Assembly (NCBI GenBank): GCA_027038505.1
Contig: JALVWC010000013.1
Coordinates: 55,795-119,794 of the forward strand
Length of the DNA stretch: 64,000 nt
Origin: Nanobdellati archaeon
Lineage (GTDB): Archaea > EX4484-52 > WAPT01
Reading direction: 5' to 3'
A program made the translations under genes and the position numbers. Every line of letters starts with the position of its first letter. Positions within the stretch are counted from its first letter, which is position 1. The notes under the pieces are model-generated. The model was not told where the DNA came from. It did not search any database and saw only the letters and a list, made by a program, of their open reading frames with translations. Below are positions 30,882 to 39,378 of the stretch, in pieces.

Positions 30882-30994
30882 GCCGCGGTCGCATAGCCAG
30901 GTAGTGCGGTGGCCTCGAGAGCCACTGCCCGCAAGGGCGCGCCGGTTCAAATGCAGAGAGCCTTACCCTGCTGAAAATCCGGCCCGCGGCGCCA
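30882..30994 (+). tRNA. tRNA-Ser (anticodon CGA) carrying a 26-nt insertion (putative non-canonical intron) in the T-loop
   Basis: GCCGCGG-TC-GCAT-AGCCAGGTA-GTGC-G-GTGGC-CUCGAGA-GCCAC-[long variable arm TGCCCGCAAGGGCGC]-GCCGG-TTCA[AATGCAGAGAGCCTTACCCTGCTGAA]AAT-CCGGC-CCGCGGC-G-CCA. 113 nt against about 87 expected. Removing the 26 nt restores a canonical TTCAAAT T-loop. Confidence 0.7.
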
Positions 30995-31129
30995 GTTCAT
31001 AGTTTGATAACCTAGGCAGTACAATACGGATCTAATGGATATTCTGTCCCTTTCATCAATTGACAGATAAATAAGAAATTTTTCGATTGTCTTCCCCGCA
31101 GAATTCACATAGATATTGTGATCAGGTTT

Positions 31130-31993
31130 TTATCCCTTCACCGTTGATCCGCTCTCGTTGTCCTCCAGAAAGTATTTTAGCGCTTCCTGAATCGTACCGA
31201 CTTCCACGACCTTAACGCTAAGGTTCCACAGCGCGGTTTTTACCGGCACGTACTCCACATCGCAGAACCTGACGCCCTTTTGCCATTCGTAGCAGAACTC
31301 CCTTTCCTTGTAATCATAAAGCTGTTTCAAGCCTTTGGGTACGAGGAAGTACTTCATGTGGAGGCTGTCCGCAACCTTGGCCTTTTCCACTATCTTGCTC
31401 GCTGCCCCGATCGTGCCGTCATGGTTTATGCTCCCCGTCATCATGACATCGTCCCTGAGCTTCCTGCCTGTGAGCGCCGCATACGTTGCAACAGCTATGG
31501 AAGCGCCACCGCTTCCCCCCTCGAGCTCCGTGGCGGGAGCTTCAATATCGTAGTAGAGGTCCACTTTGCTTAAGTTTATGTCCGCAAGCTTTGCCGCCAC
31601 AAGTGCGGCCTTTCTTATGGACTCTTGAGTGTCATCGTTGACCAGCACTTTACCGATTCTTATGTAAATTCTGCCCTTCCCCTTCACGGCCCTAACGTGC
31701 ACAACCGCATATACACCGGTGTCGTTCGCCATCACCGCGGGAATGATTATGGATGCAGTGCCGTTGTTGACAAGCTCCTTTTTTCCCTCAAACGAGGACC
31801 ATGGAACAGCACCACCTTGAGATGTTCCTGTTTGATGAATTTTTGGGCTAAGGATGAACTTTGCAAGATGGCTTTCCACACCAGCGAAGACTCCGATCAA
31901 AAAGGAAAGCAGAATGAGAAGCAACACTAATCCGCCAGACCCACATGGCGAAGTTACCAATTTTCTCCCTTTTTTACCCCTTCTTTTCGACAT
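31130..31993 (-). CDS. membrane-anchored Lon-like S16 peptidase domain protein without AAA+ module
   Basis: N-terminal signal anchor (LVLLLILLSFLIGVFAGV). C-terminal GGSGGASIAVATYAALTG...DVMMTGSINHDGTIGAASKIVEKAK aligns with the Lon proteolytic domain Ser-Lys dyad region (DGPSAG...DVAMTGEI...GGLKEK). Confidence 0.6.
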   Translation of the reverse strand: MSKRRGKKGRKLVTSPCGSGGLVLLLILLSFLIGVFAGVESHLAKFILSPKIHQTGTSQGGAVPWSSFEGKKELVNNGTASIIIPAVMANDTGVYAVVHVRAVKGKGRIYIRIGKVLVNDDTQESIRKAALVAAKLADINLSKVDLYYDIEAPATELEGGSGGASIAVATYAALTGRKLRDDVMMTGSINHDGTIGAASKIVEKAKVADSLHMKYFLVPKGLKQLYDYKEREFCYEWQKGVRFCDVEYVPVKTALWNLSVKVVEVGTIQEALKYFLEDNESGSTVKG

Positions 31994-32030
31994 CCCGATC
32001 TTCCTCCGAAAAACAAAACATCCATAATTA

Positions 32031-32312
32031 CGCGGCAGGGCTTCCCGGGGGTGGAGCGATGCCTTCTCCTCCGACAGGAATGCTGCCTACCTCCCCTCCG
32101 CTGATCTCCGAGCACGGATGCAGAGGCTTAGGGCTGCTCCCTTCCGGGCCTGACCCGGTTCACCCCTGCAGCCGCCTCGGAGGGCAGAAGGTCATTGTTC
32201 AGCAGCAAGCTGCCGGAGGAGCGCAACTCGCCCGCCCCCCGGTTTTCGGCCCCGCCATGAGCCCGTTTGCGGTTACAGGGAGGGGCTAGCTCCCCGGCCT
32301 AGCCCTGCCGCA
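32031..32312 (-). ncRNA. ffs: signal recognition particle RNA (7S / SRP RNA)
   Basis: Reverse strand reads GCGGCAGGGCUAGGCCGGGGAGCUAGCCCCUCCCUGUAACCGCAAACGGGCUCAUGGCGGGGCCGAAAACCGGGGGGCGG ... GGUCAGGCCCGGAAGGGAGCAGCCCUAAG ... CCCGGGAAGCCCUGCCGCG. It shows the archaeal Alu-domain pattern, the universally conserved helix-8 motif (GGUCAGGCCCGGAAGGGAGCAGCC) and 5'/3' terminal pairing. A TATA box sits about 25 nt upstream and an oligo-U tract lies downstream. Confidence 0.85.
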
Positions 32313-32333
32313 AGTAAGAATAGAATAGTGGTA

Positions 32334-32341
32334 TTTTAAAT
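32334..32341 (-). promoter_or_regulatory. TATA box (TTTAAAAT on the minus strand) for SRP RNA
   Basis: Located about 25 nt upstream of the inferred SRP RNA 5' end at about 32312. Confidence 0.55.
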
Positions 32342-32490
32342 AGTTTTGGATTGAATGCGCTCTGCAGCTTCCACTGGAAGGAAGGTAAAAAGTAAGTGGA
32401 AAGTGCTGTGATGGTTGTGAGAGTATGTCTTTTTTATTATTTATGTTTTGTTGTGATTAAATTAAAAGTTACGCGCACAGCAAAAGTCCT

Positions 32491-33726
32491 ATGGGCAAGA
32501 TCATAGACCCTGCATTGTGTGTGAAATGCAAGGGTAAGAATCTGTGTGGAAAGCCATGCTACTTCGTGGAAATTCTGAAACTCGGCAAAAAATCCCTAAA
32601 GATAAGAGAGCGGGACGAATTCTGCTCCCCTCCTTCGGTGTTCATCGGAAGGTTCGGCTACCCGCATGTAAGTGTGGGGGCGCTCTGCGTTAAGGATTTC
32701 AGCTTTCCGCATTATTACGATGACCCCAAGCTCTGGTTTAAAGAAAGGTTAAGTGTTGCGAATGTTCTCTCAAAAAGGCTGAGCATGGTGAATCCGGCTT
32801 TCAAATCTCACGTTAAGATGAATGATGGGGTTCTCGAAACCGTGCGGGAAATAGCCATGGCGAAGAAAAGCACGCTGCTTGAGGTGGAGTTCAAAAAGAG
32901 ACCCAGGATAAAAATCGAATTCTCCCATGTCTTTTCTCCCGTGGGTATGAGAGGTCTGGTTAAGAAGCTCGCACTGGAAGAAAATCCACGAGTTGATAGG
33001 AGAATAGAGAAAGCTTACTACGACACCGATTTAAAAGCTTCAGAGGCCGTTACCGAGCTTTATCGGAGAGGAGTGAATGAGAACGCCATATCCAGAGTTC
33101 TGTCCGCGGGCATGCTCGGAAGGGAATCTCAGAGGAAACTCGTGCCGACAAGGTGGAGCATAACTGCTGTTGACGACATGCTCGGTAAATATATGATTGA
33201 AGAGATAAGATACCACAAACCCGTCGATTCGATCAGGATTCATTATGCGGAGTACAACGGCAATCGCTTCTGGGTTCTGCTGCTTCCCTCAACCTGGAAA
33301 TTCGAGCTGGTGGAGATTGCCCATCCTATCGCTGAATGGAAAAGATTCGGCAGGAGGTATTATATCACAAAGGATTACGAGGACTTCACATCCCGTAGGA
33401 GTTATGTAGAGGAGACTGCCGGCGGTTATTACGCTTCCAGGCTCGGTGTGCTCGAGCATCTCAAGAAGCTTGAGATGCAGGCAGCAGCGCTTGTTGTGAG
33501 GGAGATACTCCCGAACTACTGGGCCCCGTTGGGTGTGTGGCTCGTCAGGGAGACTGTGAGAGAAGCGATGAGAAGACCTCCAGTTATTTTCAGCAGTTTG
33601 GAAAACGCGGTTGGATTTGTTGAGAGTCAGATGAAGGCAAATGTATCTCTCAGAGCTGTCAGCACTCTCCTGAAAAAGGTAACGGAAAAACAGACATCAA
33701 TCCTTATGTGGAGAAATAAAAAATAA
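32491..33726 (+). CDS. NreA-like protein (DUF650/DUF651 family, archaeal DNA-repair associated), putative
   Basis: 411 aa with an N-terminal cysteine cluster CVKCKGKNLCGKPC. Assignment is from recollection of the Nre family architecture and was not verified. Confidence 0.35.
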   Translation: MGKIIDPALCVKCKGKNLCGKPCYFVEILKLGKKSLKIRERDEFCSPPSVFIGRFGYPHVSVGALCVKDFSFPHYYDDPKLWFKERLSVANVLSKRLSMVNPAFKSHVKMNDGVLETVREIAMAKKSTLLEVEFKKRPRIKIEFSHVFSPVGMRGLVKKLALEENPRVDRRIEKAYYDTDLKASEAVTELYRRGVNENAISRVLSAGMLGRESQRKLVPTRWSITAVDDMLGKYMIEEIRYHKPVDSIRIHYAEYNGNRFWVLLLPSTWKFELVEIAHPIAEWKRFGRRYYITKDYEDFTSRRSYVEETAGGYYASRLGVLEHLKKLEMQAAALVVREILPNYWAPLGVWLVRETVREAMRRPPVIFSSLENAVGFVESQMKANVSLRAVSTLLKKVTEKQTSILMWRNKK

Positions 33727-33762
33727 AAGGAAAAGAAGGACGCAAAGAACATCAAAACTTTT

Positions 33763-34059
33763 TTATTTTTTCTTTTTCTTTGCGCCCTTCTTCTCTATCC
33801 TTTCGATCCCGATCTTCCTTACGACGGGCTTCCACACCTCGCTTCCCATCCAGGAAGGCGCATTTGGCGGGGCAGGTACCTTCTTCCTGCTTCCCTCGTA
33901 GATGTGGATCTTGTTGGTTCCCCTCTCCCTGAGCCTTATGGTTGTGTAACCTCTTGTTGCTGCCTTCAAAGCTGCCTGTCTCGGCTGTCTTCCGGTAAAG
34001 ACCCCTATTTCATTCCCGTTTTCATCCAGCAGAACAAAGTACCTCTTCTTTCCGGCCAT
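33763..34059 (-). CDS. chromosomal protein MC1
   Basis: RYFVLLDENGNEIGVFTGRQPRQAALKAATRG...IRLRERGTNKIHIYEG...APPNAPSWMGSEVWKPVVRKIGIERIEKK is closely similar to Methanosarcina MC1 (FVLRDE.GNEHGVFTGKQPRQAALKAANRG...IRLRERGTKKVH...APKNRP.WMP...KPFVKKIGIEK). Lys-rich C-terminal tail. Confidence 0.8.
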   Translation of the reverse strand: MAGKKRYFVLLDENGNEIGVFTGRQPRQAALKAATRGYTTIRLRERGTNKIHIYEGSRKKVPAPPNAPSWMGSEVWKPVVRKIGIERIEKKGAKKKKK

Positions 34060-34163
34060 TCATGCCACCTCTTTCGCTTGTTGTGATTATTTAGGTGCTC
34101 GCAACTATATAAAGGTTTTCCGCTCCTTATGCTGTTTTTTCCAAGAGAATCGACAAAAGCCGT

Positions 34164-35462
34164 TCACAGAAAAAGCTCATGATAACTGGCGATGATCTCA
34201 CCGCTGAGCATCACATGCTTAACGCAACCCGGAAATGTTATGCCTTCGTAAGGTGTCCATCCGCACTTGGAACGTATCATGTCATTGTTAACTTTTGTCT
34301 CATGTTTAAGATCAAGAATCGTTAGATTTGCCGCACACCCCTCCTCTATCCTTCCCTCGTTCTCCAGACCCACAAATCTTGCCGGGTTGTAAGAGCACAT
34401 TCGAAGTATGAGGACCGGATCAAACTTTTCCTTCTCCAGGAGCCACGTCAAAAACAAGCCGTAGGTATCGAGCTGAGGCACCCCGCTGGGAGGGTTTTCG
34501 CTTTCCTTTTCTTCCGTGGTGTGGGGAGCGTGATCGCTTGCAAGAAAATCCGCAGCACCGCTTCTGACCATTTCGATCAGCTTCGCGCGTCTCTCCTCGT
34601 CCCTTAGGGGAGGGTTCATTTTGAGATATGCTCCCTTCTTCTTCATGGCGTTCTTGTTGAAAAACAAATGGTGAGGTGTAACCTCACAGCTCACCTTCAT
34701 CCCGCGTTCCTTGGCTTTGAGTATCATTTCCATGGCTTCGGGTGTTGAAACGTGAGCTATGTTGAAGTGAACTTCGGGAAAGCGCTCAGCAATCTTTAGT
34801 GTTTTCTCAACGCAGACGTATTCTGTTTCTGGAGCTCTTATTTCCGGATATGCAGCTATACCTAACTTCGAGTTTTTGAATTTTTCCTGTAGCACATCAA
34901 CCATGCTCTGCTCCTCGCAATGCAGCGTTATGGGCAGACACGCCTTCCTTATCTCCTGCAGAGCGCCTTCCAGAACCTCATAATTTACGGTCATGTTTCC
35001 CGTGCTCTGGCACAGAAACGCTTTGTAACCCACGATCAGATCCTTCATCCCGCTCAGCTCGGTTATGTTGTCGGTGGCCACGCCCCCGTAAAACTGCACG
35101 GGAATCTTTGCCTTCTTTGCCAATCTTACTTTGTTCTCTATTCTTTCTTTCGTTGTCCCTGTCGCCGGTGTGTTGGGCATATCAACCACTCTGGTCACGC
35201 CTCCGTTCAGAGCTGCCATGCTTCCCGTTCTGAAATTCTCTTTGTGCGTCCATTTCCCGCTTTCGTCCTCTCTCAGATGCACATGAATATCCATGAAGCC
35301 CGGGAAGATAAGGCAGCTGTGCTCAGCTTTTATCTTCTCCCTTCCTTTGATGCAGCTTAGGGAGACTTCAGCAATTTTGTCATTATCAATTCCTATGTAC
35401 CCTTCCTTAATACCGTCCAACGTTACGAACCTACCCTCAACAACGATATCCCGCATAACCAT
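34164..35462 (-). CDS. pyrC: dihydroorotase
   Basis: Amidohydrolase motifs FPGFMDIHVHLRE...DMPNT. Directly downstream of pyrK-pyrD on the same strand, with a 1-nt overlap. Confidence 0.8.
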   Translation of the reverse strand: MVMRDIVVEGRFVTLDGIKEGYIGIDNDKIAEVSLSCIKGREKIKAEHSCLIFPGFMDIHVHLREDESGKWTHKENFRTGSMAALNGGVTRVVDMPNTPATGTTKERIENKVRLAKKAKIPVQFYGGVATDNITELSGMKDLIVGYKAFLCQSTGNMTVNYEVLEGALQEIRKACLPITLHCEEQSMVDVLQEKFKNSKLGIAAYPEIRAPETEYVCVEKTLKIAERFPEVHFNIAHVSTPEAMEMILKAKERGMKVSCEVTPHHLFFNKNAMKKKGAYLKMNPPLRDEERRAKLIEMVRSGAADFLASDHAPHTTEEKESENPPSGVPQLDTYGLFLTWLLEKEKFDPVLILRMCSYNPARFVGLENEGRIEEGCAANLTILDLKHETKVNNDMIRSKCGWTPYEGITFPGCVKHVMLSGEIIASYHELFL

Positions 35463-37237
35463 TACCTTTTATGATAAGCTCCCACAGCTTCCTCAAGCCT
35501 CTCAAACCCTCTTTTTTCAAGCTCCTCCTCAAGCTCTTTCTGAATTGCGGCAAAAACGCTTATTCCTCTGTGAACTATGGCACTGCCTATCTGGAAGAGA
35601 GAAGCACCGCAGGCAGCATATTCAAAAGCGTCTCCCCCATCAAATATTCCCCCAACTCCGATGATGGGGATGTTCAGCTCTTCGTAGAGTTCATAGACAA
35701 CTTTCTTACCGACTTCCTTGTGCTTTCTTCCGGACATTCCTCCGTAACCCGTGGGATTGCCGAGCAGCTTGATCTCCTTCCCGTCCATTCTTATTGTGGG
35801 TTTAGCGCGTTTTGTGTTTATGGCGGTTATTGCGCTTGCTCCGCCTTCCTCGGCGGCTTTGGCAACAGCGACGTAATCGCAATTCGGCGAGATCTTAACA
35901 CTTACGGGCACGCTGTTCTTCTTTCCAACCCCCACCACAGCTTTTGTTATGCTTCTGACCAGCTCAGGGTCGTTCTCCACGCTGGATATCTCGGTGTGGG
36001 GACATGAAACGTTTATCTCTATCATGTCCGCGCCGTATTCTATAGCTTTGGATGCAACATAAACGCATTCCTCCTCGTTCTGGCCGAAGATACTAACAAT
36101 TAGGGGAACGTTAGCCTTCTTTGCATCCGTTATGTCGAGCCTGTAATTATCTATGCCGGGGTTGGGCAGACCCATGGCATTGACATATGTTCCCTCATCC
36201 ACCTCAGCAAAAGTCGGGTTGGGAAATCCCGTTCTTTCCTCTTTTCCCACCGACTTTGTGACCACGGCCCCAGCTCCGTTTCTGGCGTAGCGATAGAGGA
36301 GCATGCCCGAAACGCCAAAACCTGCGGCGTTCATGAAGGGATTGCCAAACTTTATGCCAAATAGCTCCATGCTCAGCCTTGGGTTCATCTCAACTTTCAA
36401 TGGAGGGATCGGTGGAGAGGAAATATCGTTGCCAGCTATCGCAATCCTTTTCCCGCTTTTGTCGCGCTTCCACCTTCCGAATTCCGTATTTAGCAGGAAT
36501 TTCCCATCAAACACAGGACCATCCTTACACACCCTGAAACCGAAGATGTCGCAAGCACCGCAGGCACCCCTCGCACATTTAACTATCCTTTCTATGGATG
36601 CCTGCACCGGAATGTTTCGAGCTGCTGCGATCTCGCACACCTTACGCATCATTATCTCCGGACCGCATGTGAATATCATATCGGGCTTTTCTTTTCGCAA
36701 CTCCTCCTTCAACAAATCCGTAACGAAACCCCTGAACCCGGCGCTCCCATCGTCTGTCGCTACCTTTACATCACCCGCTTTCCTTAAGTGTTCAGCATAG
36801 AGCAAATGTTCCCTGCCTCTCGCTCCCAGAAAGCTCGTGACATGCACGCCCTTTTCCTTCAGCTTCTCCGCAAGGAAACGGAGCGGAGCCGCTCCGCATC
36901 CTCCAGCCACGAGCCATGCTGACTCAAGCTCGTAAGACGTATCGAAGCCATTACCGTAGGGGCCGCGCAACCCCAGCTTATCCCCCGCCTTCAGTTCATG
37001 AATCTTTGATGTGCAATCCCCCACCCTCGCTATGGCAAGCTCGATGACACCTCTTGATGGATCAGCATGGGCGATGCTTATCGGAATCTCATCCACCCCT
37101 AGGAGGAGAACCATGAGAAACTGTCCTGCCCGGGCCTTTCGTGCTATGTCGGGAGCGAGAAACACGAAGGTCTTTATGGCTGGCGTTTCGTCCCTTATCT
37201 CGGTTATTTCGTAGAACTGGGGAAGTTTCGTTGTCAT
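35462..37237 (-). CDS. pyrKD: fused dihydroorotate dehydrogenase: electron-transfer subunit (PyrK) N-terminal half plus class 1B catalytic subunit (PyrD) C-terminal half
   Basis: N-terminal 260 aa has the FNR-like fold (AGGCGAAPL NAD motif) and the 2Fe-2S cysteine cluster CARGACGACDIFGFRVC. The C-terminal 320 aa has class 1B DHODH motifs (GNPFMNAAGFG, VVTKSVG, NPTF, GLPNPG, EINVSCPHT, IIGVGGI). The ORF is continuous. Confidence 0.8.
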   Translation of the reverse strand: MTTKLPQFYEITEIRDETPAIKTFVFLAPDIARKARAGQFLMVLLLGVDEIPISIAHADPSRGVIELAIARVGDCTSKIHELKAGDKLGLRGPYGNGFDTSYELESAWLVAGGCGAAPLRFLAEKLKEKGVHVTSFLGARGREHLLYAEHLRKAGDVKVATDDGSAGFRGFVTDLLKEELRKEKPDMIFTCGPEIMMRKVCEIAAARNIPVQASIERIVKCARGACGACDIFGFRVCKDGPVFDGKFLLNTEFGRWKRDKSGKRIAIAGNDISSPPIPPLKVEMNPRLSMELFGIKFGNPFMNAAGFGVSGMLLYRYARNGAGAVVTKSVGKEERTGFPNPTFAEVDEGTYVNAMGLPNPGIDNYRLDITDAKKANVPLIVSIFGQNEEECVYVASKAIEYGADMIEINVSCPHTEISSVENDPELVRSITKAVVGVGKKNSVPVSVKISPNCDYVAVAKAAEEGGASAITAINTKRAKPTIRMDGKEIKLLGNPTGYGGMSGRKHKEVGKKVVYELYEELNIPIIGVGGIFDGGDAFEYAACGASLFQIGSAIVHRGISVFAAIQKELEEELEKRGFERLEEAVGAYHKR

Positions 37238-37271
37238 TGCTGTGTTGAATGGAAAGAAAAAAATTTATATT

Positions 37272-37380
37272 TGGTGGACCGGCCGGGATTTGAACCCGGG
37301 GCCTCCGCCACTCTGGCGCGCCACCAGCTCATGGCTGCGCGGTGCCAAGGCGACGTCCTTCCAGGCTAGACCACCGGCCC
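37272..37380 (-). tRNA. tRNA-Ala (anticodon GGC) with a ~33-nt anticodon-loop intron, CCA encoded
   Basis: Reverse complement GGGCCGG-TG-GTCT-AGCCTGGAA-GGAC-G-TCGCC-UUGGCA-[intron CCGCGCAGCCATGAGCTGGTGGCGCGCCAGAG]-U-GGCGG-AGGCC-CCGGG-TTCAAAT-CCCGG-CCGGTCC-A-CCA. Confidence 0.8.
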
Positions 37381-37456
37381 ACAGAGACATGCTAAATAAC
37401 TCCGACCAGCTCAGGGGAATGGTTTTTGAACACTTTTTAAAAATTTTACTTGCGCC

Positions 37457-38215
37457 TCACAGCTCCCGTATTTCTATGCCTTTCGAAGTTATCTCAAAAG
37501 GTATGTGCTTCACCTCATGCCCTGTTTTCCTCATCTTAACTATTTTTATGCTGCGAAATTCATCCTCCCCGAACTCAAGATAGTCCATCAACACAACGCC
37601 GTCGGCTATGAACTCGGAGAGCTGATCCCTTGTGTAATACGGCTGAGAGCCGGAGATCTCGGAGGTGAGGAGCGATGTAAAACCGAGGGACTTAAGCTTC
37701 CTTATTAGCTCCGTGATGGTGGTTCTCGCCACGAGGGGATGGGTTATTTCCGCGCCGTCCTGAATCAACAGCTCCTGTTGGGCTCTTGCGTACTCCTTCG
37801 TGTAAGTGTGGAGAAGCGCGTAAGTATAGTAAAATGTTATGGAGTCGAGAACAAACCTCTGGGGTTTGAGATCTTTCTTAAGTTCGTTTAACTTGTCATC
37901 AAACAGAGGGATCTCATCCCTCTTAAGTTCCACCACCTTCAACTTGTTTTCTTCTTCCAGCTTTTCGATATCCCATCCGAAAACGGCGGCCTGCTCTATT
38001 ATGTCTTTTCTGACCTCTTCCAGCGCCACATACACGCCGGGCTCGTTGAACATAGTAGCACCGTTGATCAGGAACTGAAGGGACAGTATGGTCTTTCCCG
38101 ATCCGGGGGGACCGCACACAACAACAGCACTCCCTTTGGGTATGCCTCCATTAATGGCCCTGTCAAGTTTCGGTATGCCGAACATAACCCTCTTTATTGA
38201 CAGCCTGCTGGACAT
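37457..38215 (-). CDS. KaiC-like / RecA-superfamily ATPase (single domain, COG0467-like)
   Basis: Walker A VVVCGPPGSGKTILSLQF. 252 aa. Confidence 0.7.
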   Translation of the reverse strand: MSSRLSIKRVMFGIPKLDRAINGGIPKGSAVVVCGPPGSGKTILSLQFLINGATMFNEPGVYVALEEVRKDIIEQAAVFGWDIEKLEEENKLKVVELKRDEIPLFDDKLNELKKDLKPQRFVLDSITFYYTYALLHTYTKEYARAQQELLIQDGAEITHPLVARTTITELIRKLKSLGFTSLLTSEISGSQPYYTRDQLSEFIADGVVLMDYLEFGEDEFRSIKIVKMRKTGHEVKHIPFEITSKGIEIREL

Positions 38216-38338
38216 GCTTTAATTTACACACACCACATATTTAATAAACTTTCCGTTTGGAGTCCGGTTCTCAAGCGTTGACCCCCCCATTCAATAGCGG
38301 GAAAAATTAATAAATAAGGGTGGCGGTTTAACATCTTC

Positions 38339-39367
38339 ATGGAAGTTGGGAAGGATCAGAAACTTGTAGAGCGTTTTCTTTCGGATTTCGTGGATGAACT
38401 CGTGAAAAAGCATGGCGAAGCGATAGATTTCATACTTCTATTTGGTAGCGCTGCAAGAGGGGAGTGGAAGCGCGGCGCGAGTGATATCGATCTCATCATC
38501 GGAGTTAAGAGCAGGAAGTATGTTGAGCCCGTGAGAAGCTATGCTGAAAAACTCTTCTGGGAGCTTGACGAGAAGCACGGTACTCTTTTCCATAAAGTCT
38601 GCTCTACGGCAGGAAAAAGCAAGCTGGACAGAGCTCTGCGGAAAGCCAGGCTTTACGTACCGTTCGAGGTCTTTGCTCCTGAGGATATGGACTGGGAGAG
38701 AGGTGAGATAAAAAGGAACGACCTCAAGCTGGGAGCCAAGCTGGTGGCATCACAATCCATGCTCTTCTTGAAAATGAAGAGGGAGGGAAAGATTCTCTAC
38801 GGGAGGGATATAAGAAAGGTTATAAGGGTCAAACCCACCTTGTGGGAGAAATTCAAGGCGATAATGGTTCCGTTTTACATGACCCTCCTAAGCTCGATTG
38901 GCGCTCCTTTCTTCCCGAAGCTCTGCCTCAAGCTTTCGTCCAAAGCCGTTCTTTATTCCATTGAATCTGCTCTGCTCTTCATGGACAGGCCCGTAAGGGT
39001 TGGGGTGGAAAGGAACAAGAAAGCGCTGGAAAGGCTGATGAACAGAAAAGTTGAGATGAAAGCAAAGTTCCTTAATTCCGCGGAGCTGGACGTTGTTTTC
39101 ACCTTCAGTTACAGGAAGCTAATAGATCTGGACTTCGTTGATAAAGCTCTCGAGATAAAGTACAGCTTCGATAAAGCCTGCGAGAAAATGAGTAGGAAGG
39201 ACATTCTCGCTTTCTGTCTCAAAGCCCTGAGGTTCGTGGTAATGCTCAATTTCTTTGCCCTCTACCACAATGCTAAAACGAAACGGTACATGCAAGCATT
39301 AACACTCTTCATCATCCTGCTGATAACGTATCTTCTGCTGGTTCTCGTTGCTATCAGGCTTGCGTAG
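38339..39367 (+). CDS. Pol-beta-superfamily nucleotidyltransferase domain protein with long helical C-terminal region and C-terminal transmembrane anchor
   Basis: N-terminal LLFGSAARGEWKRGASDIDLIIGV (GS...DxD NTase motif). About 200 aa of unknown function follow. Terminal hydrophobic helix LTLFIILLITYLLLVLVAIRLA. Confidence 0.55.
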   Translation: MEVGKDQKLVERFLSDFVDELVKKHGEAIDFILLFGSAARGEWKRGASDIDLIIGVKSRKYVEPVRSYAEKLFWELDEKHGTLFHKVCSTAGKSKLDRALRKARLYVPFEVFAPEDMDWERGEIKRNDLKLGAKLVASQSMLFLKMKREGKILYGRDIRKVIRVKPTLWEKFKAIMVPFYMTLLSSIGAPFFPKLCLKLSSKAVLYSIESALLFMDRPVRVGVERNKKALERLMNRKVEMKAKFLNSAELDVVFTFSYRKLIDLDFVDKALEIKYSFDKACEKMSRKDILAFCLKALRFVVMLNFFALYHNAKTKRYMQALTLFIILLITYLLLVLVAIRLA

Positions 39368-39378
39368 AAAAAGTCTGG

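Noticed and set aside
31945-32289. 114-aa ORF (+ strand) with Pro/Gly-rich translation
   Set aside because: It lies antisense to and entirely within the SRP RNA gene. It has a low-complexity translation, no RBS or promoter logic, and its GC-richness is explained by the structured RNA.
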